Source: Oligoflexales bacterium (GTDB taxonomy: Bacteria; Bdellovibrionota_B; Oligoflexia; Oligoflexales; JAPPIL01). Taken from it: a stretch of 64,000 nucleotides of DNA. Below the pieces are notes generated by a model. It saw only the letters and a list, made by a program, of their open reading frames with translations, did no database searches and was not told the origin of the DNA. The DNA lies in contig OZ245333.1 in NCBI GenBank assembly GCA_965226195.1, forward strand, positions 1,313,759-1,377,758. The letters are read 5' to 3'. Below are positions 1-10,751 of this stretch, in pieces (the stretch's first letter is position 1; each line of letters opens with the position of its first letter). The translations under genes were made by a program, and so were the position numbers.

Positions 1-842
1 TGCCGCGGGTGGGGGTGTCCACGCCTGTGCAGGTGACTGGCTTTGCTCAAGTACCCGCGGTTGGCGACCCCTTCACTGCAGCACGCAAGGAGAAGATCGC
101 AAAGGAGGTCAGCGAGTGGTATCAGAACGAGAGCAAGCGTGATCAAGAACCGCCACCTGTCGTTCCAGAAGAAGAATCAGAAAGTAGCCCGCTCGACGAA
201 TTATTCAGCAAAGCAGCACAAGCGGAGACACCGCAGCTAGCGTTGATCGTCAAGGCCGATACACAAGGCTCGGCAGAGGCAGTGGCGGGGTCGTTGGTAA
301 ACATCAAGTCTGACAAGGTCGATAACAAAATCTTGCATCAAGGTGCTGGCGCAGTGGTCGAGTCCGATGTCATTTTAGCTTCCGCGTCTGATGCGATGAT
401 CGTAGCCTTCAACGTGCGTGCGCACAAGAACATCGAGGAGCTAGCACGTAAGCGTGGAGTGAAGATCAGTTACTTCTTAGTCATCTACGAGATTATCGAT
501 GCCGTGCGCATGCTGATGGCAGGACTGTTACCACCCGAAATCAGCGAGGTCGTCATCGGTCAAGCAGAGGTGCGTAACCCAATCAGTATTCCGCGGGTAG
601 GGTTAATCGCTGGTTCTTCGGTCACCTCTGGACGCATTACCAGAGATGCAAATCTGCGTCTGTTACGTGATGCCAATGTTGTCCACAGTGGGCGGGTAAG
701 TTCCTTGAAACGTTTCAAGGAAGACGTGCGGGAAGTGGCACTCGGTTACGAGTGTGGTATTGGCATCGAAGGCTGTCATGATATTCGAGAGGGCGACGTT
801 ATCGAGGCTTACCTCAAAGAAGAGTCGATGCCATCGCTGTAG
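1..842 (+). CDS. infB: translation initiation factor IF-2, C-terminal part (5' end lies upstream of the window)
   Basis: The frame is open to the window edge. IF-2 C-terminal domain motifs are present (LALIVKADTQGSAEA, VIGQAEVRNPISIPRVGLIAGS, GYECGIGIEGCHDIREGDVIEAY). rbfA follows directly. Confidence 0.93.
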   Translation, partial: PRVGVSTPVQVTGFAQVPAVGDPFTAARKEKIAKEVSEWYQNESKRDQEPPPVVPEEESESSPLDELFSKAAQAETPQLALIVKADTQGSAEAVAGSLVNIKSDKVDNKILHQGAGAVVESDVILASASDAMIVAFNVRAHKNIEELARKRGVKISYFLVIYEIIDAVRMLMAGLLPPEISEVVIGQAEVRNPISIPRVGLIAGSSVTSGRITRDANLRLLRDANVVHSGRVSSLKRFKEDVREVALGYECGIGIEGCHDIREGDVIEAYLKEESMPSL

Positions 843-854
843 GGAGTTTATGCT

Positions 855-1184
855 ATGCGTGCTGTGCGACTTGCCGACCAAATAAGAGACACCGTTGCTA
901 TTGATCTCACCACCGTGCTGCGTGACCCGCGCCTGAGAGATGTGACTGTTACCCATGTCAACCTCAGTGCCGATTTGCAGATTGCTACCGTCTACTTTCG
1001 CACATTGCGCGACGATCATCGCCCGACGTTGGCAGCACTGAAGGGTGCGGGCGGTTTCCTGCGCCGCAAACTGGCACGGGTGCTTGCTGTCAAACGCGTG
1101 CCAGAGTTGCGCTTCTTTTACGATACCAGCGTTGAACATGCTGCCCATATTGAGGACTTGCTGGCAAAAATCAGGTTAACCTGA
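855..1184 (+). CDS. rbfA: ribosome-binding factor A
   Basis: 109 aa. RbfA-like N-terminus (RLADQIRDTVAIDL...DPRL..VTVTHVNLSADLQIATVYF). Located immediately after infB. Confidence 0.9.
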   Translation: MRAVRLADQIRDTVAIDLTTVLRDPRLRDVTVTHVNLSADLQIATVYFRTLRDDHRPTLAALKGAGGFLRRKLARVLAVKRVPELRFFYDTSVEHAAHIEDLLAKIRLT

Positions 1185-1365
1185 TTCTATTTGGTGCGAT
1201 TTTTATGTGACTGGCAAGAAAGAGTGCGAAGGAAGGTCAGCCGCTAAAAAATGTGCCTTTTGGAACTGGAACGTAGCAAGTGTGTATGTTAATATTTAAA
1301 TTGAGTTATTTTTTGTACAGATTAGAAGATCATCGGTGTTAGGCAACGCAACAACAGTTAGAGCT

Positions 1366-1812
1366 ATGATCAAAAGTGCACTTGCTTGTGCGGCAATTGT
1401 GCTACTTGCTACCGTCTGCGTGGTAGTTTTGAGTCAGACATTGCCTGCGGGCTTGCCGCACCATCTGCGTAATTTTCAAGTCGAGATCGCTGGTGTTGAC
1501 TATGGAGTATTTGATCGCATAGGTGGAATCGAACATGTCAATGTCGCTGGTGGCGGGCAGGGTTACTTTGAGGTAACGCTGGAGCGGCACTTCGTCGCCC
1601 ATCCGTCGCTGTCCTTCTGGGCGAAGCGGCAGCGCACAAGGTACACGCGGGCATCGGATGTCGTCTTGTCGGTGCAGGTGGATGGCAGCGGACATCGCTA
1701 TCTGCTCAAATATTGCCAACCGCTGTCGTGGTCGGTCGAGTCGGCTAACACTGCTTCAGGCGGGTATCATGAAACTGTCGTGCTTGCCGTTCAAGACATC
1801 AGCCACCTTTAG
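1366..1812 (+). CDS. hypothetical membrane-anchored or secreted protein
   Basis: The ATG at 1366 gives a hydrophobic N-terminus (MIKSALACAAIVLLATVCVVVL). No recognisable domain. Confidence 0.45.
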   Translation: MIKSALACAAIVLLATVCVVVLSQTLPAGLPHHLRNFQVEIAGVDYGVFDRIGGIEHVNVAGGGQGYFEVTLERHFVAHPSLSFWAKRQRTRYTRASDVVLSVQVDGSGHRYLLKYCQPLSWSVESANTASGGYHETVVLAVQDISHL

Positions 1813-3118
1813 TTTTCCTGCATCGCTGCTGCTCCTTCTGCTGTCTTTTGGCTGCTACAGCGTGCATTTGCTCCAAAAACCATCAACGCTACCGCGTCAG
1901 GACTTTTTCCCCACAGTTAGATTTGCCGACGAACACGGGGTAGTTGTTGCGAGGGCAGTCGATCTGTCCTGCGACACCTTGTCACCCCTGCGCTTGCAAG
2001 TCAAACTACATGGCGCACCGCAGGCTTTCATGCCCAGCTTTGTCGTCCATGCCGACAACACGTTGCACACGGAGATCGACGGGCTTGTTCTCACTCCGCC
2101 ACAAGGTGTGCGTCCCGATTACCTGCAACTGCGACAGATACTGTGCCGTGCCATCGCTCGCCGCGGCAGTTTTTTTTATGGCACGGCAGACAACATGTTG
2201 CTGAGTTCTCTCGCTACATGGCTGCAGGTATTGTCCCCTCCTTGCCAAATAACCCACCAGCCTGCTCGTGGTTTTTACTGCGAGCTACTTGCTTCCGCGT
2301 CACAACCTGAGAAGAAAACGCTGGAGCGTATCAAGCTCCGCATGGTCAGTGCGTGGCAACGGCAGCCATATTTGTTGACACGCCGTCTTGCCATCGCTAT
2401 CGATCTCGCACAAATTCTCACCGACGGTGAGGCGCAACGTCTGACCCGCTTCTGCCGTGTTTTAAGCGACTCTTTCGTGCGCGAACTGCCGCTAATTTTC
2501 ATCAGCGTGCGTTGGCAGCAGAGCGTGTGCGATACACAAGATGTCGCGGCAAGACTCAAGCACGCCGCACTCGGTCTGGAACTGGCAGTGCAGGAAATTA
2601 CGCTGTTCAAGCAGCTCTTCGAGCGTGCCAGTCACCGCGGCAACGTTGCGGTGAGAATTGCCGCGCCTCTGAGTCACCGTTTCTGGGTGCTGCTCACACC
2701 AACTGCAGATACACGAGCAACAACTGTGCACCAATACCAGCAAGTGTTGGCAGCACGCGAGCAAAACAACGCTGTGCCACGCTGCTGGCATCCGTTTTTT
2801 TCCGAAAACATCCGTCTCCACAATCTCGCCAAAGCCGTTGGTCTGCACGCGGGGCACTGTGCCGCGGTGCGTTACCCGCAATTGCCCGCAGCCGCCAGCA
2901 ACGACCTTTTCGGTGACTATCTCGTTGCGAGCATTACCAGCGAGACAGAATTCGCCATCTCCAACGGACGCACAAAGTTTCTGCGCTTGCCATCGGGAAC
3001 TTACGACTATCGTATCTCGCACTTGCCCAACTATTATTTGCCTACATCCCGTACCGAAGTGGCCCGCGGCTCGATGCAGTGGCGCAAGCAACGCCTTAAC
3101 CATCAAGTGTTGCGCTAG
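1769..3118 (+). CDS. hypothetical protein with lipoprotein-like signal
   Basis: Long ORF. The internal ATG at 1769 gives MKLSCLPF...LLLLLLSFGC (lipobox-like). The track start at 1658 overlaps the previous ORF more heavily. No recognisable domain. Confidence 0.5.
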   Translation: MKLSCLPFKTSATFSFPASLLLLLLSFGCYSVHLLQKPSTLPRQDFFPTVRFADEHGVVVARAVDLSCDTLSPLRLQVKLHGAPQAFMPSFVVHADNTLHTEIDGLVLTPPQGVRPDYLQLRQILCRAIARRGSFFYGTADNMLLSSLATWLQVLSPPCQITHQPARGFYCELLASASQPEKKTLERIKLRMVSAWQRQPYLLTRRLAIAIDLAQILTDGEAQRLTRFCRVLSDSFVRELPLIFISVRWQQSVCDTQDVAARLKHAALGLELAVQEITLFKQLFERASHRGNVAVRIAAPLSHRFWVLLTPTADTRATTVHQYQQVLAAREQNNAVPRCWHPFFSENIRLHNLAKAVGLHAGHCAAVRYPQLPAAASNDLFGDYLVASITSETEFAISNGRTKFLRLPSGTYDYRISHLPNYYLPTSRTEVARGSMQWRKQRLNHQVLR

Positions 3119-3264
3119 AAGAATGGCTGTCAGCGCCACGCAAAAGTAATCTAATCATACTCCATTAATAATCAACTATTTTCATTAAATTTTTAATTTT
3201 ATACACTGAAATACAAATAATTTGTTGTAAAATAAACTTGTAAGATATATATTTGTGAGGTAAC

Positions 3265-4344
3265 ATGGTATTTCTACAGGAGTTTAACATAAAATTTTTA
3301 TTTAGTTTCAATGTGTTAGCGTGTTGTGTGGTTTTACTGCACGGTCTTGAGGTCAGGGGCAGTGCTCTCGCTCAAAACGCACCTTTTGTGCCGAAGGTTG
3401 GAGATGCGGTGAGTAAGGCATTGGGTATCGTACAGCGGTATGATTGGCATGAGTTAAAGGGCTTTATGGACGAATTGGTGCAAGAAATAGATGCTATCGA
3501 CAGCGACGCGGTGGCTACCATCCTGCAGAAGAAAGTTGTTGGACAACAACTGAAGAGGTGGGCAGCTGATCAAGTTTTAAGTTTGATAGCGATACAAGAC
3601 ATAGTTGCTGAGCATACAGAAGATGACAACTTGTTGCAGTTGTGGAACAATAACCCTCACAGTCCTACAGAAAATTTAATTGTGAAGATCGGGTTTCCTT
3701 TGCTGGTACCGCCGCAGTGGGAGAGAAAGTACTTCAATGAAAGGGAATTTTTGTTGGCAAAGTTTGCTAGCCTACCGCCTATGCAGCAAGCAGTTATTAT
3801 CAACATAATCTGGAGTTCAACCCTGAAAGACCGCCACCTCGGTTCTATACATGTGGGTGTGTCGAGTGATTATTTTTTGAAGATTAGAGAGCAAGACGCT
3901 GAAGCTTATTATTCTGACCAGCATTCACTAGAGGTGCGACGAAGGTTACATGCATTGCTTACCTTTGATATGAGGGAGAGCATGCCCGCGACTGCGGCCT
4001 TGACCAATGAAGACTTTCGTATTGATGACGCTCATAGCTTTCGATACTTTCACCATGTCTCGTTAGTGGAACAATTAGCGGTTGAAGGTGTGATGCAAGC
4101 TGTGGCAGCTGGTTTCCCACAACTTGCTCGCACTATTAGTCAGTTGACTGAAGAGCAGATAGCTTATTTGAACGCAAACTTGCAAGATAGTGATGGTTTC
4201 GAGGGGCACAGTCCTAAGCGAGGAACTGAAATCGCGGTAACACAAGATCTCAAATATTACGCCGCAGTACGTTTTTTTGCTTGGGCGGGTATAGGTATGG
4301 ATTATGCTAGACTTGATGCTAAAGTCCGAGCGCTAAGAGATTAG
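3265..4344 (+). CDS. hypothetical secreted protein
   Basis: 359-aa ORF with a hydrophobic N-terminus, preceded by a very AT-rich region (3150-3260). No recognisable domain. Confidence 0.5.
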   Translation: MVFLQEFNIKFLFSFNVLACCVVLLHGLEVRGSALAQNAPFVPKVGDAVSKALGIVQRYDWHELKGFMDELVQEIDAIDSDAVATILQKKVVGQQLKRWAADQVLSLIAIQDIVAEHTEDDNLLQLWNNNPHSPTENLIVKIGFPLLVPPQWERKYFNEREFLLAKFASLPPMQQAVIINIIWSSTLKDRHLGSIHVGVSSDYFLKIREQDAEAYYSDQHSLEVRRRLHALLTFDMRESMPATAALTNEDFRIDDAHSFRYFHHVSLVEQLAVEGVMQAVAAGFPQLARTISQLTEEQIAYLNANLQDSDGFEGHSPKRGTEIAVTQDLKYYAAVRFFAWAGIGMDYARLDAKVRALRD

Positions 4345-4435
4345 TGTGGAAGACGAGTGCGCTAAAAAACAGCTAACATAGTTACCCCAGCTGCTACAAT
4401 TTAGTTGTAAAAAAACAACTATGTGTCAACTAACT

Positions 4436-5686
4436 CTAAAGGAAGCTTGAGGACAGGCCAAGCTCCTCCTCAATTCGCAACAGCTGATTGTATTTGCACA
4501 ATCGCTCGCTGCGACACATCGAGCCACTTTTAATCATGTTGCTGCCTACAGCAACGGCGAGGTCGGCGATCGTCGTATCCTCTGTTTCGCCAGAACGGTG
4601 TGAGATGATGGTAGTGTAGCCGATGTCTGCTGCGGTTGCGATTGTAGCAAGTGTTTCGCTCAGTGTGCCAATTTGATTGAGCTTGATCAAAATCGCATTC
4701 GCCGCGTTCTTTTCTCTACCCTGCAGCAAACGCTCACGGTTGGTGACGAACAGATCATCACCTACCACCTTTACTCGTGCTCCGATTTTTTTGGTCAGCA
4801 GTGCGAAACCTTCCCAATCCTCTTGATCAAAACCATCTTCGATCGAGATGATGGGATACTTTTCGCTCAATGCAACGAGATAAGCGACCATCTCCTTGCG
4901 AGTTAACTCGCGCTTTTGCAAACAGTATTTGCCGTTCTGATAAATTTCCGATGCTGCAACATCGAGCGCTAAGCCAACCTCACGTTGCGGGTCGTAACCA
5001 GCCGCAGTGATTGCCTCTTGCACGAGATCGAGTGCTTGCTCTTCGCCGTCAAGACACGGGGCAAAACCGCCTTCATCACCAACGGCAACACCGAGTTTAT
5101 TTTTTTGTAAAATTTTCTTGAGTTCGTGAAAAATTTCTGCCGCCGCTTGCATGGAGGTTGCAAAGCTTGGCATGCCATAGGGCACGATCATGAATTCTTG
5201 AAAGGCAAGACCGTTATCGGCATGCACCCCGCCGTTGAGAATGTTGATCATCGGCACGGGCAGGCGTGTCGCACGTGCCCCGCCGAGATAGCGATACAGT
5301 GGCAACTGGCAGGTGCGTGCCGCGGCCTGTGCACAGGCAAGGGACACCGCTAGCATTGCATTTGCACCGAGTTTTTTCTTGTTAGCCGTGCCGTCCAATT
5401 CCAACAACACGGCATCGATTGCCTGCTGTGCAAGCACATCGCGACCGTTGAGTGCCGGAGCAATCAACTCACGTACGTTTTTCAAGGCCTTCAGCACACC
5501 TTTGCCGTGGTAACGTTGCGCATCACCATCGCGCAACTCGCATGCCTCAAAGCGTCCCGTCGAAGCCCCTGACGGGACCGCGGCACGTCCTTTTACGCCG
5601 TCGGTGGTGATGATCTCGACCTCGACCGTTGGGTTACCGCGTGAATCGATGATTTCACGTGCCAAGATGTGGGCAATGCTGCTCAT
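4436..5686 (-). CDS. eno: enolase (phosphopyruvate hydratase)
   Basis: N-terminus [19 protein letters not shown], plus [14 protein letters not shown] and other enolase signatures. Its start overlaps the mnmG stop by 4 nt. Confidence 0.96.
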   Translation of the reverse strand: MSSIAHILAREIIDSRGNPTVEVEIITTDGVKGRAAVPSGASTGRFEACELRDGDAQRYHGKGVLKALKNVRELIAPALNGRDVLAQQAIDAVLLELDGTANKKKLGANAMLAVSLACAQAAARTCQLPLYRYLGGARATRLPVPMINILNGGVHADNGLAFQEFMIVPYGMPSFATSMQAAAEIFHELKKILQKNKLGVAVGDEGGFAPCLDGEEQALDLVQEAITAAGYDPQREVGLALDVAASEIYQNGKYCLQKRELTRKEMVAYLVALSEKYPIISIEDGFDQEDWEGFALLTKKIGARVKVVGDDLFVTNRERLLQGREKNAANAILIKLNQIGTLSETLATIATAADIGYTTIISHRSGETEDTTIADLAVAVGSNMIKSGSMCRSERLCKYNQLLRIEEELGLSSSFL

Positions 5687-7509
5687 GGTGTCCTCCGTCG
5701 TGCTGTGCGGTTGTGTAGAAAAACATGCAGCAGCTGCACTGCCGCGGGGGTTATGCCACTGATGCGCGCAGCTTGACCGAGTGTTGCAGGTCTGATGCGG
5801 GTAAGCTTCTCGACAAACTCACCTCGCAAGCCCGCGATGGAAGCAAACTCAAAACTGTGTGGAATACGCACACGTTCGAGATCGTCGAGCAGTTTCATGT
5901 TGCGAGCATCACGTTTGATGTAGCCCTCGTAACGAATTTCAATCTCGGCACTGCGCAAGGCACAGGGCGTAAAATCTCGCAACTGCGGCACAAGTGCAAG
6001 CATCTCTTGCTGACTAACATCGGGACGTTTCCAAAAATCACGTGCCGTGCCTCGTCCATCGCTGAGTCTTGTGCGTTGCAGCAGTGCGAGGCAATCCTGC
6101 AGTGCCGTGCGGCGTTGCAGGAAACGAGCCGCAGTATCACCATCGACCAGTCCGATTTCAATACCAAGTGGAGTCAAGCGCAAGTCAGCGTTGTCCTCCC
6201 GCAGCTGTAAACGGTGCTCAGCACGAGAGGTGAACATGCGATACGGCTCGCTCGTGCCTTTAGTGACGAGGTCGTCGATCATCACACCGATGTAAGCTTG
6301 CGTGCGCGGTAGCACTATGGGTGGCCTGCCCTGACAGGAATGTGCGGCATTGATGCCTGCCATCAAGCCCTGCGCCGCGGCCTCCTCGTATCCAGTCGTG
6401 CCGTTAATCTGCCCGGCAAGATAGAGGTGCACGGTGCGTTTAGTTTCAAGGCTGGGGTAAAGTTCTTGGGGATCAACGAAGTCATACTCGATTGCATAGC
6501 CGGGCCGAATTATTTCCGCCCGCTCCAGCCCTTTGATCGAACGTACAAAGGCTACCTGCGCCGCAATGGGCAACGAAGTTGAGATGCCGTTGGGATAAAC
6601 TTCACACGTGTCATAGCCTTGCGGTTCGAGAAATATCTGATGCGACTGGCGGTCGGGAAACTTGACTACCTTATCCTCGATCGATGGGCAGTAGCGCGGG
6701 CCGACACTTTTGATTTCACCGCTGTAAAGTGGTGACTGGTCGAGGTAACTACTGACGATCGTATGCGTATCGGTATTGGTAGCGGTAATATGGCAGGGTA
6801 ATAGTGGCTGCGTTATCTTTTCTGTGCTGAAGCTGAACGGGATAATGTCCGCGTCGGAATCCTGCCGCGTCAGTTGGCGGTAGTCGATGGTGCGGGCATC
6901 GAGACGTGGAGTTGTGCCAGTTTTCAAACGCCCGACGGCAAAGCCGTATTTTTGAAAAAAAACTGCCAACGCCACTGCCGCGGCATCGCCGGCGCGTCCC
7001 GCGGTGATACGAGTTGCTCCGATGTGAATGAGTCCGTTCAAAAACGTTCCACTAGTGATTATTACGCGCTGGGCGCGGCAATGACCAAAAATTTTGCTGT
7101 TCACACCCTGCACCTTGCCATCGGCAACGAGCAACTCCTCGACGCTGTCCTGCCGAATGTGCAGATTGGCTTGCTGTTCCAGAGTTTTTTTCATGTAGCG
7201 CTGGTAAAGTCCCATGTCCGCCTGCGCACGGGATGACCACACGGCAAATCCACGACTGCGGTTAAGCACCCGAAACTGAATGCCTGCACTGTCGATCGCC
7301 TTGCCCATCTCACCACCGAGTGCGTCGATTTCCTTGACCAGATGTCCCTTCGCGGTGCCCCCAATCGCAGGGTTGCAACTCATCGCCGCGATACGATCGA
7401 CCGCGTGCGTAATCAACAGTGTCTTCGCCCCCAAGCGTGCTGCTGCCAACGCTGCCTCGCATCCCGCATGTCCCCCACCGACGACGATTATGTTGTATTC
7501 CTCGTTCAT
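5683..7509 (-). CDS. mnmG: tRNA uridine 5-carboxymethylaminomethyl modification enzyme MnmG (GidA)
   Basis: 608 aa. FAD-binding N-terminus [23 protein letters not shown]. MnmG-like along the full length. Confidence 0.95.
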   Translation of the reverse strand: MNEEYNIIVVGGGHAGCEAALAAARLGAKTLLITHAVDRIAAMSCNPAIGGTAKGHLVKEIDALGGEMGKAIDSAGIQFRVLNRSRGFAVWSSRAQADMGLYQRYMKKTLEQQANLHIRQDSVEELLVADGKVQGVNSKIFGHCRAQRVIITSGTFLNGLIHIGATRITAGRAGDAAAVALAVFFQKYGFAVGRLKTGTTPRLDARTIDYRQLTRQDSDADIIPFSFSTEKITQPLLPCHITATNTDTHTIVSSYLDQSPLYSGEIKSVGPRYCPSIEDKVVKFPDRQSHQIFLEPQGYDTCEVYPNGISTSLPIAAQVAFVRSIKGLERAEIIRPGYAIEYDFVDPQELYPSLETKRTVHLYLAGQINGTTGYEEAAAQGLMAGINAAHSCQGRPPIVLPRTQAYIGVMIDDLVTKGTSEPYRMFTSRAEHRLQLREDNADLRLTPLGIEIGLVDGDTAARFLQRRTALQDCLALLQRTRLSDGRGTARDFWKRPDVSQQEMLALVPQLRDFTPCALRSAEIEIRYEGYIKRDARNMKLLDDLERVRIPHSFEFASIAGLRGEFVEKLTRIRPATLGQAARISGITPAAVQLLHVFLHNRTARRRTP

Positions 7510-7531
7510 CTACTCATATCCACGTTTTTTT

Positions 7532-7715
7532 GCGGGCTGCTAATTCTTTGCCGCTTGCTAGCTCCTCGCATGTCCTCCGCCGACTACGATTATGTCATAT
7601 TTGTCTTGCATTTTCTTACCTCTATGCTTTAGCGAGCGGTCTGCTAATTCTCTGCCGCTTTCTAGCTCCTCGCATGTCCCCCACCGACTACGATGATGTC
7701 ATATTTGCTTTGCGT
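7532..7715. repeat. two tandem units of about 100 bp, each containing a relic copy of the mnmG 5' end fused to the dispersed core motif
   Basis: Units at 7532-7611 and 7632-7715. On the minus strand they read [17 protein letters not shown] (7558-7611) and [17 protein letters not shown] (7662-7715). The live mnmG start reads [19 protein letters not shown]. The in-frame TAG comes from the GGAGCTAG core. Confidence 0.85.
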
Positions 7716-7870
7716 GCTTATACCCAAATCAAAACCCTGCAGATCAGGTTATACCACGTTTAGGCTGGTTTTAATTTAATTTTAGGCAAATAAATGTTAC
7801 AATTAGCGGCTTAAGCTACCCTGCTTGGCGAGTAGCTCAGCGGGGATAACAGAGAAGGGGGATTGTCATC

Positions 7871-8944
7871 ATGTTTGCTGACATGGAACAGATGGGACAT
7901 GAACAGGTTGTTTATTGTTTTGATCAGACTACAGGGCTGCACGCCCTGATTGGTATTCATAGCACGGTACTCGGCCCCGCACTGGGTGGGTGTCGCATGT
8001 GGAACTACGCTAACGAGCACGAAGCATTGCAGGATGTTCTGCGACTGTCGCGGGGCATGACCTACAAGGCGGCGTTGGCTGGCTTGGCTTTGGGAGGCGG
8101 TAAGTCGGTAATTTTTGGCGATCCTGTCAAGGACAAGAGCGAGGCATTGCTACGCAGCTTTGGCAGGTTTGTGAACAGTCTCGGCGGCAGATACATCACT
8201 GCGCAGGATGTTAGCATTAGCAACACTGACTTATTGCACATGCACAAGGAGACCAAGCATGTCGTCGGTCTACCAGCAGAGATGGGTGGTACTGGTGATC
8301 CCTCGCCGATGACGGCACTGGGTGTCTTCAGCGGTATCAAGGCTGCGGTCGAACATCGTTTGCAAAAGAACAGTTTGCGCGGCGTGCGAGTTGCCGTGCA
8401 GGGTTGCGGCAGTGTTGGGAATAAGCTCTGCCACCTGCTGCACAAAGAAGGAGCTGAATTGTGGATCGGTGATATCGATGCGAACAAAACTGCACCGCTG
8501 GTGGCAAGCTGCGGGGCGAAGGTGATAGATAGCGATGCACTGCTATGTGCTGAAGTCGATGTGTTCTCTCCTTGTGCCCTCGGCGCAATTTTGGACGACG
8601 ACAGCATTCCGCAACTGCAGGCCAAAATCGTCGCAGGTGGTGCGAACAACCAGCTAGCAGACGAGAAAGTACATGACGAGATGCTGCGCACCCGCAATAT
8701 TCTCTACGCGCCTGACTATGTCATCAATGCAGGTGGGTTGATCAGCGTTTCGTATGAAATTAAAAAAATGACAGGCACAGCCGCCGAAAAAACCAAAGCA
8801 ATCTATGACACGTTGTTGGAAATCTTCCACCGTGCCGAACAACAGGGTGAAGGCACCGGCAAGACCTCCAACCGTCTCGCCGAAGAGCGGGTGCGTCGGC
8901 AGGTAAGAGCTTCTATCAGCAACCAGCAACGATTGATTGGCTAA
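7871..8944 (+). CDS. leucine dehydrogenase (Glu/Leu/Phe/Val dehydrogenase family)
   Basis: LGPALGGCRMWNY, RLSRGMTYKAALAGLALGGGKSVIFGDP and the NAD-binding VAVQGCGSVG motif closely match the LeuDH pattern. Confidence 0.88.
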   Translation: MFADMEQMGHEQVVYCFDQTTGLHALIGIHSTVLGPALGGCRMWNYANEHEALQDVLRLSRGMTYKAALAGLALGGGKSVIFGDPVKDKSEALLRSFGRFVNSLGGRYITAQDVSISNTDLLHMHKETKHVVGLPAEMGGTGDPSPMTALGVFSGIKAAVEHRLQKNSLRGVRVAVQGCGSVGNKLCHLLHKEGAELWIGDIDANKTAPLVASCGAKVIDSDALLCAEVDVFSPCALGAILDDDSIPQLQAKIVAGGANNQLADEKVHDEMLRTRNILYAPDYVINAGGLISVSYEIKKMTGTAAEKTKAIYDTLLEIFHRAEQQGEGTGKTSNRLAEERVRRQVRASISNQQRLIG

Positions 8945-8954
8945 AACACGAAAT

Positions 8955-9650
8955 TCAAGCAAAGAGCAGTTTCTCCAGTGCCGCGATGCGCTGATTGCTG
9001 TCCAGCTGCTCCCAGTCGGGTAGTTGGTGCAGGTTGCCGTTCTTCAAAACGATGGCACGATCGCACAGCTGCGCGGCGAGCGGTAAAATGTGGGTGCTGA
9101 TCACGTTACTGAGCTGCTGTTGCTTGCGGCTCGTGAGGAGCTCGTGCAGGGTTCTGAGGTGAAAGACATCAAGGCCAGAGAACGGCTCGTCGAGCACCAA
9201 TAGCGGTGGCTGATGCAGGGTGGTGACAGCAAGACCAACTCGCTTCTGCATGCCATGCGAGCAGAGGGTCAGCGGCAAGCTCTTGTAGTGCGCACAATCC
9301 CAACGCTGGAGAGCCAGCGGCACGACTGTGGCACTGTTCAAGCCGTAAAGACGCGCGGCGTAATGCAGCAGTTCCTCGCCGCTAACCCACGGGGGAAAGA
9401 CAGGTGTCTGTGGTAGGAAACCGAGTGCTTTTTTAAGCGCAAAGGCTTCGGGGGTGAAGCGCTGAGCGCGGAAAACTACCTCACCTGCGTCAGGGTCTAG
9501 GTTGGCGGTCATCAGATTGAAGAGGGTGGACTTGCCCGCACCGTTTTTGCCGAGAATTCCGAGTGTTTCGGCACTGTTGACCTGCAGGTTGCAGGGGCCG
9601 AGTTGGAAGCCTGCGGCGAAGGTTTTGTGAATGTCGGTCAGGGTCATCAT
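8955..9650 (-). CDS. ABC transporter ATP-binding protein
   Basis: Walker A GKNGAGKST, a signature-like SHGMQKR and Walker B LLVLDEPFSGLD. Confidence 0.9.
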   Translation of the reverse strand: MMTLTDIHKTFAAGFQLGPCNLQVNSAETLGILGKNGAGKSTLFNLMTANLDPDAGEVVFRAQRFTPEAFALKKALGFLPQTPVFPPWVSGEELLHYAARLYGLNSATVVPLALQRWDCAHYKSLPLTLCSHGMQKRVGLAVTTLHQPPLLVLDEPFSGLDVFHLRTLHELLTSRKQQQLSNVISTHILPLAAQLCDRAIVLKNGNLHQLPDWEQLDSNQRIAALEKLLFA

Positions 9651-10702
9651 GCGCGATAAAACCTACCTTCGCTGTACTGCAACGCATACCAACGCAACAG
9701 CGGATACAGCAGCACGCTGAACCAGCTGGCGAGGATGGCAGTGCCGATGAACAAGGTACTGAGTGTCGCGGTAATATACTGCACCGCGGGACGGCGCACA
9801 TCGATTTGAAACAATAGCAGCGGCATCAGCAGCGGGGCAAGTGCGGCCAGCAGCACGACCTTTAGGACTGCGGGGAGAAGTGGCAATATTGGCTCAGCCA
9901 ACAGCAGTTGCCCACTGATGAAGCAAAAAGCGCAGCACAGCACACAGCAGAGGGCGAGGCTCGCACCAATTTTTTCGCAGGTGCGAACGTATTGGGTGTG
10001 CGAGATGCCGAAGTTTTTTTCCGCCCACGCAAACTGTGCGTCACGAGCTGCCTGTGATGCAAGGCTAAAGGAGGCCAGCAGTCCACAAACGAGTGCTGCG
10101 CAACCAAACACCTGCAGCGGTGCGTTGAGGTAGCTGAGCGGGAAACAACTCAACGCGGCACAAGCGGCGATGCCGAGCAGCAAGCGTTCGCCCTGCAAAA
10201 TCTGCTGCCAGCGCCACGAGAACAGCGTGTGCTGGCTAGCCTTGTGCTGTGGTACGGGGTGGGGGTGGCGGGCGAGCAAGAAGCCGAGCAACAGTGTGGG
10301 CGGAAAAACAAACAGCAGAGATATAAAGGAATTAGCACGCAACAGCAGGTGGCAGAGCAGCACTATGACGGCGGTACTTATCAGCAGCGCCCAGCCGCCG
10401 CGTAGCAAGAGAAAGACGCGTAGCTGGTGTGGTTCTGCGCCGAGATGTCGTTGTAGTTGGCAATAGCGGTCGTGGCTGGCATGGCGCATAAACTTGCCGA
10501 GACCGAAGGCGGTGATCGCGGTGCAAAGTAGTGCGGCTGCATGGGCGAAGCTGTCACGCATTGTAGGGGAGATGGCAGCGACGGCATGGTTGAGAAAATC
10601 GTGGAAGACATAAGCGAAGGTGGCAGCAACGACAAGGGCGCAGAGCATCACGGTGATTTCCTTGCCGAGATCGTAGCGCACCCGGCGCAGCGGTGCAAGC
10701 AT
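9647..10702 (-). CDS. polytopic membrane protein, putative permease partner of the ABC ATPase
   Basis: Multiple hydrophobic segments and a 4-nt overlap with the ATPase start. I prefer the ATG at 10702 (MLAPLRRVRYDL) because the track start at 10897 overlaps the ferredoxin gene. Confidence 0.55.
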   Translation of the reverse strand: MLAPLRRVRYDLGKEITVMLCALVVAATFAYVFHDFLNHAVAAISPTMRDSFAHAAALLCTAITAFGLGKFMRHASHDRYCQLQRHLGAEPHQLRVFLLLRGGWALLISTAVIVLLCHLLLRANSFISLLFVFPPTLLLGFLLARHPHPVPQHKASQHTLFSWRWQQILQGERLLLGIAACAALSCFPLSYLNAPLQVFGCAALVCGLLASFSLASQAARDAQFAWAEKNFGISHTQYVRTCEKIGASLALCCVLCCAFCFISGQLLLAEPILPLLPAVLKVVLLAALAPLLMPLLLFQIDVRRPAVQYITATLSTLFIGTAILASWFSVLLYPLLRWYALQYSEGRFYRA

Positions 10703-10751
10703 GCTACACCTGAACAGATATGTGCAGGTTGAGTGCAGGGCTTGGCAGCTT

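Noticed and set aside
2492-3139. 215-aa minus-strand ORF
   Set aside because: It is antisense to the longer plus-strand ORF 1769-3118, which has a signal or lipobox start. I can support neither ORF by homology, so this choice carries only moderate confidence.
7820-7865. tRNA-like D-arm string GAGTAGCTCAGCGGGGA
   Set aside because: No acceptor stem, anticodon arm or T-arm can be drawn. The region is simply the leader and RBS of the leucine dehydrogenase gene.
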